From NCBI RefSeq assembly GCF_018350175.1, contig NC_058368.1, positions 85,376,001 through 85,440,000 of the forward strand: a DNA stretch of 64,000 bases, in the 5' to 3' direction. This stretch comes from Felis catus (Eukaryota). The notes under the pieces are model-generated. The model worked only from the letters and a program-made list of their open reading frames with translations. It searched no databases and was not told the DNA's origin. This document shows, piece after piece, positions 12,571 through 23,972 of the stretch. Each line of letters starts with the position of its first letter. Within the stretch, counting starts at the first letter, position 1. The position numbers were made by a program, and so were the translations under genes.

Positions 12571-15099
12571 CTCAAGTAGGCTCCACATTCATCCCGACTC
12601 AGGGTTTGATCATAACGTGAGCCAAAATCAAGAGTCAGAGACCCAGCCGACTGAGCCACCCAGGCACCCTTGAACTCACTTTTGACATAATATTTTCATC
12701 TTTGAAATTCCCTCATCCATTATCTTCTAGGATAAACTGTACTGATTCTGTTCATTCATTTATTATTTATTCAATTAGTATTTAGTGAGTGTCCAAATGT
12801 GCCAATCACTCTTCAAGGTACCAGGGGATACAGCATTGCAAAAAACAGAACCCCCCACCTTTTGCAAAACAACAACAACAACAACAAAAAACCTCCTTAT
12901 TTCAATGTGCTTAAAGTGTCTCACCAGGCTTCTTCCATTTATGTTGCTACTTTTCTTTTCTCTTTTTTTCTTTAGGTTTATTCATTCACCTTGAGAAAGA
13001 AAGAATGTGCATTAGTGAGGGAGGGGCAGAGAGAGAGGAGAGAGAGAGAGACAGAGACAGAGATAGAGACAGAGACAGAGAGAGACAGAATCGCAAGCAG
13101 GCTCTATGCTACCAGCACAGAGCACGATGAGGGGTTTGAACCCAGGAAACCATGAGATCACAACCTGAGATAAAACCAAGAGTTGGATGTTCAACTGACT
13201 GAGCCACCTGTGCACCCCTTTGCTATTTTGCTATTTCTTGAATTAAATATACTTACTGCCAGAGAGTGACCTGAATGTGTGGTATCTATGAATTCATTTG
13301 ATCCTCTGAACAGTCCTGTATGAGTAGCACTAACAATGTCCTCATATTTTAGAGGAAGTTTGGCACAGAAATGTGGACTTGGCTTTATCTAAACCTCGTT
13401 AGCTAGAAAATAGAATTTCCCCGACTGGTGCTCTTAAAAATAACCAGCTCATTCAGCCTGGGCCAGGGTCTGCTTTTCTAGCGAGAAGCCCTCTGTTTTT
13501 TGCTTTCTTTTCTAACTCCACATCTCTGTTGTTCAGCTCATACCTGCATCTGTTTGTTCTCAAAGAATCTTTTTTTTTTTTTTTTTTCATCCACCGAGAC
13601 TCTGGACAGATAAACCTTTCAGACCCTGCCCACCACCAAAACTTCAGGCTAAGAACTTATCCTTAGAATAAGGACACACAAACCTCACATCAGCCCCAAA
13701 CACCTGAGTCATGTGTCCCAGCCTCTCACTGGGACCTTATCGGCAGCCACTCATCGTCATCTGGTCCCACATACCAGCCTGTTTGGATGGCTGTCAGGTG
13801 GTGTATGCTGCTCCCTCCCATACAGTTCAGTTCTGTGCACCCTGTGTCCTCTGTGTGTGGCTTCCCTTCCTACTTACTGCTTGTACTCACACCTCAGTTG
13901 TTAGCTCAGAGACTCCCTGAGGGCTACAGCCCAACCATGCAGGCTAGTTCAGAGTCCTCTATTATCTTCTTGTGCATGGGTGAACATCCTTTCTCCTAGT
14001 TAGTTCTTTGTAATTGCCTGAGTGCTCATGACGTGTCTTAAGGCTCCTTGAGAGATGCCGGTTATATCTTTCTCTTACACTTGTGTCCGAGACCCTGACT
14101 ACTGACACACGTGTGCTGAGGGAGACCAGATAATTAGGTCCAGGCATACCCACCATCACTCCAAACTCCACAGAATGGAAATTACATGTTGCACAGTGAC
14201 AGACACTCCCTGTATTTGCCACCTTCCAGATGACCTAATGGCCTCACCATGCTTATCCTGAGTGGCATCATATCCTGTCTTCAAATTATCTTGCTCCTTA
14301 TGCCTTTTTCTCAGTCTCCCCATCTCAGAGGTGAAGGAGCACTGATGGACTCTGCTTGAATTATTCCTTCTGAGGAAAGCCTCAGCCTACAGTTTTGCAA
14401 CAGTAATAACAAGTATGCAGTCCTTATGGGACCCTCATTGAACTATGCCAGATACTTATGTTCTGAATCATTGCTGGTCTATACACCTATCATTATCCTA
14501 CACACATTTGCAACATCTCCACAGCAGCCTACTTCATCTACTCATTTCATTTTTTTTTGTTTTTGTTTTTGTGTTTTTTTTTTTTAATTTATTTATTTTG
14601 GGAAAGAATGAAAGAGAGAGTGGAGAGGGGCAGAGTGGGGAGAGAGAATACCAAACAGTCTCTGTGCTGGGAGGGCAGAGCGCCACCCACTGCTCCAACT
14701 CACAAACACAGAGATCAAGAGTCAGGTGCTTACCAGAGTGAGCCACCCAGGTTCCCCTACTCATTTCTTTATCATGAGCTAATTAAACAGGAGTAGACAA
14801 ATTAAAGTTTGGAACATATTTTAAGAACTTATTATGTCTTATAAGGATAAGGAGACCATGGAATAGTTCAGAAAGTAACAAAAGGCAGGAGCTCAACCAT
14901 TCTCCAAATGCACTGACAGTGAAAACATGAGATTAGGGACTCCATTAAGGTACAGTGTGAGGGATTCCGTTAGAAATGTTCAGTTTCCCAGGAGGCCAGG
15001 GTTAACATTATTAAACACTATTTTAAAATGTTAATTTTATCCTTGTAACTGAGGGTTGCCTGAGCTATGACTTTTCCCAGGGAGTGGCTGTTTTGCACT

Positions 15100-15780
15100 C
15101 TTGGAGCCGAGCCAGTGGATAAAACCCTTCCTGGGCCTGCATCTTCTGACGCTGTAGAGTCCCTCCCTTCTGTGCCAGAGCACTGGCCCAGATAGCGTGC
15201 GCAGCTGGGGAAGAGAGCGCTGCTATCAGCGGGGCCAGGCGACTTCCAGCCTGCCATGGCCTCTGGGGCACCTGGGGAGCGGTTGCGCGAGGAGGCTAGG
15301 TGCCCGGTGTGTCTGGATTTCCTTCAGGATCCGGTCAGCGTGGCCTGTGGCCACAGCTTCTGCCTCAGGTGCATCTCGGAGTTCTGTGAGAAGTCTGACA
15401 GCGCGCAGGGCGGCCTCTATGCCTGCCCGCAGTGCCGGGGCCCCTTTGGGCTGGAGAGCTTTCGGCCCAACCGGCAGCTGGCCAGCCTGGTGGACAGCGT
15501 GCGGCAGCTAGGGCTTGGCGCGGGGCCGGTGGGAGTGCGCCTGTGTGCGCAGCACTGCGAGGAACTGACCCTCTTCTGCGAAGTGGACCAGGAGGCACTG
15601 TGCTGGGTCTGTGACACGACTGCTGAACACAGGAGTCACCACACCATGCCTCTGCAAGAGGCAGCTCGGTGTTACCAGGTGAGAGTCCCTGTGCGCACCC
15701 TGCAAAGCACACGTGGAGAGGCCCCCACTGCCAGTCTGCAAATGCGGCCCAGACATCCGAGCGGACTGAGCCACAGGTGT
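15100..15780 (+). promoter_or_regulatory. TRIM58 CpG-rich promoter/first exon with GATA and E-box motifs
   Basis: Local GC/CpG enrichment in an AT-rich window. AGATAG at 15190-15195, CAGCTG at 15202-15207, and minus-strand CTG-N7-TGATAG at 15223-15238. Confidence 0.6.
15256..15678 (+). CDS. TRIM58: TRIM58 coding exon 1 (RING + B-box2), 423 nt
   Basis: Kozak GCCATGG at 15256. Translation MASGAPGERLREEARCPVCLDFLQDPVSVACGHSFCLRC...CPQC (C3HC4 RING) and CAQH...CWVC...HRSH (B-box) closely matches human TRIM58. Donor CAG|GTGAGA at 15678/15679, phase 0. Confidence 0.96.
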
Positions 15781-16659
15781 TAGTGACAAACCCTAGGGAC
15801 AAACCCACATGATACTATCCTGATCTGTGCCCTTCCCACATCCTGTCTCTCACAGCCCACATTCAAGTTCGGTCCCCTTGCCTTATAGTAACCCCCTTTT
15901 GGGACCTCTATTCAGGAGTTCAAATGCACCCTTATTTTAGACTGTCCCTTTTCCCATGAAGCCTTCCCTAGCTTTTTAGTTTCATCTTTTTTTTTTAAGT
16001 TTATTTATTTATTTTGAGACAGAGAGAGCAGGGGAGATGGCAGAGAGAAAGGGAGAGAATCCCAAGCAGGCTTAGTGCAGAGCCCCTAGTGGGGCTCAAA
16101 CCCATAGGCCTTCAGATCATGACCTGAGCCAAGTCAAGAGTTGGATGCTCAACTGACTGAGCCACCCAGGTGCCCCTTCTCTTGGTTTTATTCTTGCTGA
16201 TGCTGACATTCTGTTTCCAACAGCAAGACCTCTGGTGTGGAGGGTTGTGTTATCCAATTGGTTCTTGGTTACAGGTGTGTGTCTTTATTTTAAATACTTC
16301 TTAATAACTCCCAGTTGTATAATGCCTTGCTTTTTCATAATGCTTCTATGTTGATTAATATTGTCACCAAAACAATGCCAGTGTTTGGACACTTGTTAAG
16401 AATAGTGTCTGTGAGTACACAGCTCTGATCACTTGTAAAGTCTGCAGATGCATATGTACCCTGAAGTAAGAGTCCAGTAGGTAAGCACACAGGCCAGTCT
16501 CTCTTCAACACCTATTTGGCAGCTGATGATGTAAGCATCCTCAATGCAGACAGGACTCGTATTGGAGTATTTGGCCCTCAAAGTGGCATCTGTGAAACTC
16601 TAACAGAATTTCCCCTACTGATGCTCTTCAAGAGTTCTTTGACATATCCTGATCATGTC

Positions 16660-16907
16660 TTTTTTTTTTTTTAATGCTTATTTATTTTTGAGGGAGGAAC
16701 TGAGAGAAAGAGAGAGAGAGAGAGCAGAGGAGGGACAGAGAGAGAGAGGGGACAGAGGATCTGAAACAGCTCCAGGCTCTGTGCTGGAGCCTGGAGGATC
16801 TGTGCTGTCAGCTCAGAGCCTTGATGCAGGGCTCAAACTTACAAACAGTGAGATCTTGATCTGAGCCGAAGTCGGATGCCTAACTGACTGAGCCACCCAG
16901 GCACCCC
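16660..16907 (-). mobile_element. CAN-SINE in TRIM58 intron 1
   Basis: Reverse CAN-SINE flanked by CTGATCATGT on both sides (TSD). Confidence 0.88.
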
Positions 16908-18257
16908 ATCTGATCATGTTTAAATTCCCAACATCTGGAACAGCTACTACCACAAAGGAGATCAAAGTCATCTTTAATCTACTGACATGTCTAACTGAAT
17001 ACTATCACAATGAAATAATTTGCAAACATTGAATTTCTAAAATAATAATAATGTTATTATTTTAATTTTGTTTTACTTTTTAAATTTTCTTAATGTTTAT
17101 TTTTGAGAGAGAGACAGACAGAGCATGAGCAGGGGAGGGGCAGAGAGACAGGGAGACAGAGAATCTGAAACAGGCTCCTGGCTCTGAGCTGTCAGCACAG
17201 AGCTGACTCAGGGCTCAAACTCAGGAACCTGAGATCTTGACCTGAGCCAAAGTTGAATGATTAACCGATTGACCCATTCAGGTGCCCCTTAACTTTGTTT
17301 TAAATTAAGGTTTTGAGACATTTCTTACCTCAACTTCCTTGTTGACACACCTAGAAATATCTCTTAGTTTTGTTTGTTTGTTTGTTTGTTTTTTGTTGTT
17401 GTCATCTACAAAATTCAGGTGCCAGCTACTTTCCACCTACACTTTTAAAGCATGTTGTCCCTGCTTTCTTTTTATCCAGAAGTTACCTCAATCTAACTTG
17501 ATTGCATGTAATATGTCTCAAGAAGTTCCTTATATTTCAGTAGTCCTTAATTAAATGCCAGATAAATATCTTTTAAACTCCTTCACCTGTCAGTCAAGAC
17601 TTTCTAGGGCCCCAGCTTCTGTTTCCACAGTTCTTGTCTTAACCAACCATGAGGTCCAACAAAACCAGCCTGATCACTGTGGTCCCCAAACAGGCCACAT
17701 CTTTTTCCCCTCCTTGCGTTTGCTCACAGTTTCTTCTGCCCAAGGGAGCTTTCCTCTAAGTGTCACAGTTCTATTTCTTGCAAACACTAAAACCAATGCC
17801 ACTTCCCCCATCTTGTCAAACGTTTCCATAAATTCTACTGCTAGTTTATGTAGAGCGCTATGGATAAGATTATAGAAGTTCCTTTTTAAAGTCAAGTGTT
17901 GTTTAAGACTTATTAAATGGCTTTAGAAAGAGTTTCCCCCCCTCATTTTTCCTAAGATTTATTGAATGACTTGGGACAAATTTAAAAATATGCATATTGC
18001 GTATCTTTATGGGTGTTCTCTGTAGATAAAATGTATGTGTTTATTTCTAGCAGTGGTTGAAAGGAGATATAGTTTCTGTTTTTTTTTTTTGTTAATTCCT
18101 CATAAGATTTATGACATTCTCTATCTTCTTTTCATTTAAGCATTAGTAATTTGCAAGGTTTCAGTTGACCAAATAATAATAAACAATTTTCTTATTATAA
18201 ATCAATAAATAATTTTAAGAAGTTTAAATATATAGATACAAGGAATAACATCACTTT

Positions 18258-18472
18258 TGGGGTGTCTGGGTGGCTTAGTCAGTTGAGCATCCAACTTCAG
18301 CTCAGGTCATGATCTCACAGTTCATGAGCTCAAGCCCCACATTGGGCTCTCTACTGTCAGTGCGGAGCCTGCTTTGGATTCTTTCTCTCCCTCTCTGTCT
18401 GTCCCTCTCCTGCTCACTCTGTCTCTCTCAAAATAAGTAAATGTTAAATCAGATTATTTAAAAAAAAAAAAA
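18258..18472 (+). mobile_element. CAN-SINE, the only full sense-oriented copy in TRIM58 introns
   Basis: GGGGTGTCTGGGTGGCTTAGTCAG head, (CT)n, A-tail. Confidence 0.88.
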
Positions 18473-18749
18473 GGTATACACTTTCAACCAAGCACTAATT
18501 AAGATGCAATTTTGTCTACTGAACATTTGATGCTAACTAGTTTTTATATATCCATTGCAAGTACTTTTTTTTCCCAAAATTGGTGGCATATTATATAAAA
18601 TACACTTATTTCAATTTATTTTATAATTGTGAATATTTCTTGTCATTTGGTATTTTGCAACACACTATTTTAGTTCCATCATGTTAATATAAAATATATT
18701 TTTCTCACTCTCTTATTGTTGACACTTGAAGTTACAATTCTACTATTTT

Positions 18750-19308
18750 GTTTATTTTATTTCATTTTATTTTATTACTTACTTAATTTATTTATTTTGA
18801 AAAGCACTTGTTAGCATTTCAAGCTACCAGGATGCAACCTCCCAACACCCCATCACCACACCCTTAATCTTTTTCTCAGTTCTTCTGCTGAGGAATTTGA
18901 CCTTCTCCATAACAGACTGTATTGGGACCTTTCTGTTTCCCCAAACTTTGTAGTAGCCGGATCATACCACATCAATGATAGGGGCAGCTCCAGTCTTGTT
19001 TCTTACAGCATTTCCCGGTGTCTGCTCAATGACGTGTCCACTGTCTATCAAGGCTAACAGTAGAGCAGACACTCTGGTTCCTCTTTAAGTGGTAACGTCT
19101 CACTTATACCACCTTTTCCAAAGTAACCTGGGCAATATTTTTCGAGGTTAGTTGATAACTATGGCGATTCATGAGGCCAGCATTACCCTGGCCTCCTGGG
19201 TGCTTCTGTGCTTCCCAGTGCAGCCATGGCTGTGGCTCATGTGGCCCCTAAGCTTCAAGATCTTCTGCAATATGGATGGTATGTCCACAGCCCAAAGGAA
19301 AGAGAGTC
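18750..19308 (-). pseudogene. RPL27A: RPL27A processed pseudogene, antisense in TRIM58 intron 1
   Basis: The minus strand gives decayed RPL27A peptides ([67 protein letters not shown]). The start is mutated to ATA (19282-19280) and the stop is at 18821-18819. There is a pyrimidine-rich 5' TOP-like leader, a decayed poly(A) at about 18750-18798, and TSD CTACTATTTT at 18740-18749 and 19309-19318. No introns. Confidence 0.9.
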
Positions 19309-19542
19309 CTACTATTTTAAATTATGCTGCAATGAACACATATTTAGATAAACCTTTAATTATACCTGGCATTAATACTTAAAAATATATTTATATTTTA
19401 CTTAATCCTTAATGAGGTTAAACATTTTTATGTGCTCACTAAAGCCTGTTTTAATTGATCTTTGTATTTCCTGGTTAACCTAGTTGATGCCAGGTACTGA
19501 AATAGGGCATATACAATGGGTTCAGTGTATCTTTCCAAACAG

Positions 19543-19638
19543 GTAAAGCTCCAGAGGGCCCTGGAAATGGTAAGAAAGAAGATGGAGGAGGCCTTGACTC
19601 AGGAGGTCAATGTGGGGAAGAAAACTATCATTTGGAAG
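19543..19638 (+). CDS. TRIM58: TRIM58 coding exon 2 (coiled coil), 96 nt
   Basis: Acceptor ttccaaacag|, translation VKLQRALEMVRKKMEEALTQEVNVGKKTIIWK, donor AAG|GTAAGA. The 96-nt size is typical of TRIM-SPRY genes. Confidence 0.95.
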
Positions 19639-19977
19639 GTAAGAGATTCTTGGAACTTCAGGAGGCTTGCTTTTCCGAAAGATCCAAGTTTGGGTCATTA
19701 AATTACTGTTCAACCATTTTCCCTGCTCCAGTACTTTTGTTCCATTTATATACTTGCTGTTGGGAAACATCTCAGTGTCATCCTGGGTCATCCCATCCCC
19801 GCAAATTACATCATGTATGTGTGTTCTTTTTATCTCTATTAATAGTACCCCAATCCAAATTGTAAATAGATAGTTTTACTGATCTTAATCTTACTATAAT
19901 TTACTGCTCTATTCCTAATACCTAGAAAAGAGTCTCATACTATCATCACTAGTTTAAAATATATGTATTTGTGTGTG

Positions 19978-20016
<39 letters not shown>

Positions 20017-20186
20017 ATAGGATGAATGGCATAATAAATACTTCGCAGCATTGATAGATATGAAATATAGCTAATAGTGATCATCTTACAGTTAGGAAGA
20101 TAATGTGAACTTTCACCTCTTTTCAGTAATTCATATATATGTCCTTTTTTTTTTTTACAGTTCATCAGTTTTTTCACTTAACTCTT

Positions 20187-20412
20187 TTTTTTTTATAATT
20201 TTTTTTTTCAACGTTTATTTATTTTTGGGACAGAGAGAGACAGAGCATGAAAGGGGGAGGGGCAGAGAGAGAGGGAGACACAGAATCGGAAACAGGCTCC
20301 AGGCTCTGAGCCATCAGCCCAGAGCCCGACGCGGGGCTCGAACTCACAGACCGCGAGATCGTGACCTGGCTGAAGTCGGACGCTTAACCCGACTGCGCCA
20401 CCCAGGCGCCCC
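20187..20412 (-). mobile_element. Young felid CAN-SINE (SINEC_Fc-type) in TRIM58 intron 2
   Basis: CpG-rich and near consensus. TSD TTCACTTAACTCTT at 20173-20186 and 20413-20426. Confidence 0.92.
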
Positions 20413-20461
20413 TTCACTTAACTCTTCATACACACACACATGCATACACACATACCACACA

Positions 20462-20937
20462 CAGTGATTTCAATCTGTAGTGATTTTGCCCTCTAAAGGA
20501 TATTTTACAATATATGTAGATATTTTTGGTTCTCACAATTTGGCAGGGGGGAGTGGGCTTGCTACTGGAATTTCATGCGTGAAGGGCAAGCATGCTGCCA
20601 AACACCATACAAAGCACAGGACAGCCCATGGAAGCTCATAATTAAAAAAATAAATTTAATGTTTATTTATTTTTGAGAGAGATACATCATGAGTGGGGGA
20701 TGGGCAGAGAAAGAGGGAGACACAGAATATGAAGCAGGTGCCAGGCTGTGAGCTGTCAGCACAGAACCTATGCAGGTCTCAAACCCACTAACCTTGAGAT
20801 CATGACCTGAGCTGAAGTCGGATGCTTAACCGACTGAGCCACTCAGATGCCCCATTTAAAAAAAAAAAAAATTAATGTGAAACTCATAATAAAGAGTAGT
20901 CTGGTAAGATATCATTAGGGTCAAGATTGAGAAACTA
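20462..20937. mobile_element. MER20 (hAT-Charlie) interrupted by a CAN-SINE
   Basis: CAGTG...GTGATTTTGCCC...GATATTTTTGGTT.TCACAA...TGCTACTGG...GCACAGGACAGCCC, then a SINE (about 20650-20853), then ...AAGATTGAGAAAC. Confidence 0.7.
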
Positions 20938-21081
20938 TACATAGAAGTTATATGTAAATAATATATAACATATATAGGATTTATTTTATAGAGTATTTCT
21001 ACTATTTGTCTGTCTCCAAATAACCCTTATTCTGTGATCATATTCTATAATGTTTCTAATTATATTTTTAAGGTTATTTAT

Positions 21082-21121
<40 letters not shown>

Positions 21122-22469
21122 CAAGCACATGAATGCACACCAGAGTGGGGGAGGGGCAGAAAGAGAGGTAGAGAGAGAATCTCAAGCAAGCTCTGTACTG
21201 TCAGCATGGTGATGAGCCCAACGTGGGGCTTGAACTCACAAATTGTGAGATCATGACTTGAGCTGAATGAAATCAAGAGTTAAAGGCTTAATGGACTGAG
21301 CCATTAGGTGCTCCTATATTTTTCTAATTCTTTCCTTACTCTTTTCTTAAAATTTTTGTTTTATACACTATCCTCAGACAGATATTTCCATAAAAGGACC
21401 AGATATTTCCTAAAAGGACCATTTAGGCTACATTTTTCTTCTGTGTTGAGTCTTATCTTTTTCTATTGCTATGCAATATATAGTTAATGTATGTAGTTAC
21501 ATGTACTTAAATACTTAATGATAATTTTTGTTCTTTTTGGGCTAATCCAAGTCTCTCTCCCTCCCTCTCTCTCTGCTCTGCTCCCCAACTTGTGCTCTCT
21601 GTCTCTAACATAATAATGATAATTAAAAAATAAAATAAAAAGTGATAGCTTATGCCCTTTAATCAAACCAAGGCATTATAATGTTTAGCAATGAGCCTGG
21701 GAATCCAAAATGAGAGACTGTGGGAGGTTAACTTGCCACCTATACTCAGTTTAAAGCTAGTTTTCCACATATCAGTATGAAGAGAATAAAATTTATGTCT
21801 CTGTGTATAATAATGCTGCATCAAAGCATATTCCTTAGGTCTATTTAAAAAATGTAGATGTGAGATTTGGGTGGAAATCAGTATTAATTTCCTGAAGTCA
21901 ACTCTGCGGTAAATGGCCTGACAATCATTTATTTACTTTTGGGCTATACAGAGAATGTTAGCCTTAGGTTTCACAATTACGATATTACTAAGTAATATTC
22001 ACATCTCTACTCTCTAAGACTCTTTTTCACATTTACAAATCTAGTTCTCTGTAAGCTCTTAAGTTATTTCCACCCTGTTCTCATTCTAGTGAATATTTTT
22101 TTTTTAAATCAGGCTCTTTTTTGTTTAAATTTATTTATTTATTTTGAGAGAGAGTGCAAGTCGGGGGGGGGGGCAGAGAGAGAAGGAGACAGGGAATCAC
22201 AAGCAGGCTCTGCACTGTCAGCACAGAGCCAGACATAGGGCCTGAGCCCACCAACTTTGAGATCATGACCTGAGCTGATCCCAGTGCTTAAGGAACTGAG
22301 CCACCCAGATGTCCCTCAAGTGTAATAATCTATAATGTATTTTATGTATAGTATAATAATGTATTTTAACTTCATTATGCAACTATTCCTTGTTAGTCAT
22401 TCTGCTCAGCAATTTAATAGATATGCAATTTTAATTCCCATACCGTACACCTGTTTCCCCATATTTTAT

Positions 22470-22895
22470 TTATGTTTTATTTTACCTTAGAGAGAAGACA
22501 CAATCAGGGGAGAGGGACAGAGGGAGAGAGAGAGCATCTTTTTCTTTTTTTAAATTTTTTTAACATTTACTCATTTTTGAGTGACAAAGACAGAGTATGA
22601 GTGGGGGGAGTGGCAGAGAGGGGGGAGACACAGAATCTGAAGCAGGCCCCAGGTTCTGAGCTGTCAGCACAGAGCCTGATGTGGGGCTCCACTTCATGAA
22701 CTGCGAGATCATGACCTGAGCCGATGTTGGACGCTTAACAGACTGAGCCACCCAGGTGCCCAGAGAGAGAGAGAGAGAGAGAGAGAATCTTAAGCAGGCC
22801 TCATGCTCAGCAAGCTTGATCACATCACCCTGGGATCATGACCTGAGACAATATTAAGAGTTAGAGGTTCAACTGACTGAGCCATGCAGGTACCT
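22470..22895 (-). mobile_element. Nested CAN-SINEs (inner copy about 22539-22761 inserted in the GA-rich part of an older copy)
   Basis: The outer SINE is split at GAGAGAG(C/A)ATCTT, which appears on both sides of a complete inner SINE. Confidence 0.8.
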
Positions 22896-23357
22896 CTCTC
22901 CATATTTTATTTTATTATTTTTTAAAATAAAGTTTATTTATTTATTTTGAGAGAGACAGAGTGAGTGGGGGAGGGGAAGAGAGAGAATTGCAAGTAGGCT
23001 TCATGCTGTCAGCGCAGAGCACACAGGGCTTGAACTCATGAAGTACAAGATCCTGACCTGAGCCGAAATCAAGAGTGGGATGCTCAACCAACTCAGCCAC
23101 CCAGGTGCCTCTCCCCATATTTAAAATGTGGCTCCAAAACTTGCCTATAAAAGTGCCTTGCACCCAACTCCATGGCAAAATGGGAACCCAAATCCAACTG
23201 TCTTCTCAAACTCTAGTGGCCTCTGGTTCCTGCATGTTGTAAAATGCAGCCCATTCATTCACAGACATTGCCTCCAGCCTCACTGTCCCACACCTGCATG
23301 GGGAAGCCAGACGCTGTGCCCCCACTGCTGATGCTCTGATCCCCTGTGTCACTCCAG

Positions 23358-23588
23358 GAAAAAGTGGAGATGCAGAGGCAGCGCTTCAGGCTGGAGTTTG
23401 AGAAGTATCGTGGCTTCCTGGCCCATGAGGAGCAGCTCCAGCTGCGGAGGATGGAGGAGGAGGAGCGAGCCACCCTGCAGAGACTGCGGCACAGCAAGAA
23501 CCTTCTGGGGCAGCAAAGCAGGGCTCTGAAGGAGCTGGCTGAGGAGCTGGAGGAGAGGTTCCAACGCCCAGCTCTGGGGCTGCTGGAG
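23358..23588 (+). CDS. TRIM58: TRIM58 coding exon 3 (coiled coil), 231 nt
   Basis: Acceptor actccag|, translation EKVEMQRQRFRLEFEK...RPALGLLE, donor GAG|GTAAGC. The 231-nt size is typical. Confidence 0.95.
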
Positions 23589-23933
23589 GTAAGCCTGGGC
23601 GCCTCCGGCACAGGGAGGCTCAAGTGCCAGACCACAGGGACAAATAGCCGCTTTCAGAGACAAGTCACATAGTCATTCATGCTTTTTAGCAAAAGGACAC
23701 CCTAGAATGTATGTGTGAGGCACCTTAATTCGAAGTCCTAGCATCAGAATGAGAAGGGACCCTACACAATTCTATAAAATAGTTCATAGTAGAGAGAAAA
23801 GTTTAAGTATTTTTTAAAAAGTAAAATTAATTCGGTATCTTACCTATAAAGTTAACCAGAAAATGGACAATCTATGCTATGTTTCCTGCAAAACACTTCT
23901 TTTTAAATTTTTTAACATTTACTTTTTTTTTTT

Positions 23934-23972
<39 letters not shown>

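Noticed and set aside
15679..15783. ORF track extends TRIM58 exon 1 to 175 aa
   Set aside because: This is read-through into intron 1 past a strong GTGAGA donor. Similarity to TRIM58 ends at 15678.
15365..15808. 147-aa minus-strand ORF, and similar antisense ORFs at 23255-23663, 26208-26630 and 42182-42595
   Set aside because: These are shadows of GC-rich coding exons on the opposite strand, with no recognisable domains.
16360..17010. Coding-looking unique sequence in intron 1 with a SLFNTYLAADDV stretch reminiscent of non-LTR reverse transcriptase motifs
   Set aside because: Motif spacing is wrong, all frames have stops and I cannot recognise a family. A TBLASTX/Dfam search would be needed.
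20105..20467. Recurrent ORFs with SAQVMIS/GSVLTAQSLEP/RGRGRERGRHR motifs throughout the window
   Set aside because: They are translations of CAN-SINEs, not genes.
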